Shown: in pieces, positions 63,078 to 64,000 of the stretch | Layout: each line of letters starts with the position of its first letter | Position numbering within the stretch: position 1 is the stretch's first letter | IMG/VR virus record: IMGVR_UViG_3300013126_000010 | Span: 96,001 to 160,000 of that record | DNA: 64,000 bases | Strand: one strand, 5' to 3' | From: a virus | The notes under the pieces: generated by a model | What the model was told of the DNA's origin: nothing | Database searches by the model: none | The model's input: the letters and a program-made list of their open reading frames with translations, nothing else | Made by a program: the position numbers and the translations under genes

Positions 63078-63316
63078 GTATAAATGACTTTTTAATTTCC
63101 CCAGTATCAGAAATCAAAGATTTAGCTGAACGTGCGGTTAAAATAGAAACAATGTTTAATAACAATGAAATTTCTCAAGAAGAATATAAAGAATTAGCTG
63201 ATGATTTACTGGAATTAAAACATATCAATTCAGAAATGGTTGATTTGGAAGTAATGAGAGAATTATGGTTATTGGTTGATACATTAAAAAATATCAAGTT
63301 TTTTGCATCATTATAA
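63074..63316 (+). CDS. Hypothetical protein
   Basis: Coupled ORF. Confidence 0.6.
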   Translation: MSINDFLISPVSEIKDLAERAVKIETMFNNNEISQEEYKELADDLLELKHINSEMVDLEVMRELWLLVDTLKNIKFFASL

Positions 63317-63319
63317 CAT

Positions 63320-63907
63320 ATGATATTACGAGAGTTACTAGAAGATACAATATCACCATCCCCTGAACAAAATGTGATGTCATTCTGGCATGGTGGTGAT
63401 TTATCTGACACATCAATGCGTCCACAAAAAAATGGTAGATTTGAATACGGTGCTGGTTTATATTTAATAACAAAATTTGAAGTTGCACAACGATATGCTA
63501 AAGGGTCTAGAAAGTTATACATGGTGAATGTTCACCAAGGAACTGAAATTCATTCCGTTCAATTAACCCCAAGTGATGCAATAAATTTTGTTAAATTATA
63601 TCTATCACGTAGTGCACAAAAAGAAGTATTAGAATACATTGACAAAAACATTGAAAGGACTGGCCACTTGAGTGCTAGTTCTTTTAATAATATGGTTCTT
63701 AATAGTGGTGGGTTATCATCAAAAAATACAGTAGCATTATCTCAATTTTTGGTACAGCATGGTGCAGATTATGAAATTATAAAACATCCTTTTGGCTGGG
63801 GTGGAGCAGTAATGATGGTATTATACAATATCAATAAGGTTGCTAGTATCCATCGAGTAATGCCAAAAGATACTATAACAGATTTTGATTTACCTGGGAA
63901 ATTTTAA
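63320..63907 (+). CDS. Possible ART-like virion protein
   Basis: MILRELLED; FWHGG..YGAGLYL. Confidence 0.5.
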   Translation: MILRELLEDTISPSPEQNVMSFWHGGDLSDTSMRPQKNGRFEYGAGLYLITKFEVAQRYAKGSRKLYMVNVHQGTEIHSVQLTPSDAINFVKLYLSRSAQKEVLEYIDKNIERTGHLSASSFNNMVLNSGGLSSKNTVALSQFLVQHGADYEIIKHPFGWGGAVMMVLYNINKVASIHRVMPKDTITDFDLPGKF

Positions 63908-64000
63908 ATGAGAGCAGCTGATGTTATATCATATTATCGCGGGACTAACAATATACATGAGCCAGAATTAATAAAAAATAAACAACTTCGTGCATCAAAA
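63908..64000 (+). CDS. Partial ORF at right edge
   Basis: MRAADVISYYRGTN... Confidence 0.5.
   Translation, partial: MRAADVISYYRGTNNIHEPELIKNKQLRASK

Noticed and set aside
1-64000. Genome-wide stop-codon reassignment
   Set aside because: Long genes are intact in code 11, TAA/TAG/TGA all end genes, and no tRNA with a TTA, CTA or TCA anticodon was found; only two isolated internal stops

Overview
AT-rich segment of a large lytic tailed phage (jumbo, T4-like myovirus organisation); almost all genes are on the minus strand. It contains virion/tail genes, an ATP-dependent DNA ligase, host-like translation and proteolysis genes (clpP, infA, two Pth2-family proteins, an L7/L12-like domain, a nucleotidyltransferase), several free-standing GIY-YIG/HNH homing endonucleases, an exported multicopper-oxidase/cytochrome c cluster and a roughly 29 kb region rich in tRNAs and other RNAs. 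Main observation: ten dispersed copies of an unannotated small-RNA scaffold (minus strand 5'-AGGRTRNWTWCAGCAA...YWAYCCTG-3', with compensatory base-pair changes). The scaffolds enclose tRNA-derived modules: whole circularly permuted tRNAs, bare anticodon loops, or an anticodon-less tRNA. This topology matches Y RNA/YrlA tRNA mimics. One copy lies in the leader of a DUF2828-vWA (Ro60/TROVE-like) gene, which is itself split in two by an antisense homing endonuclease. The window also has a circularly permuted two-piece tmRNA (tag ANDDVYAGFAITA), an array of tRNA-Cys-derived RNAs, and two exported redox genes with single in-frame stops near their N-termini. All family names come from motif recognition by eye, not database searches.
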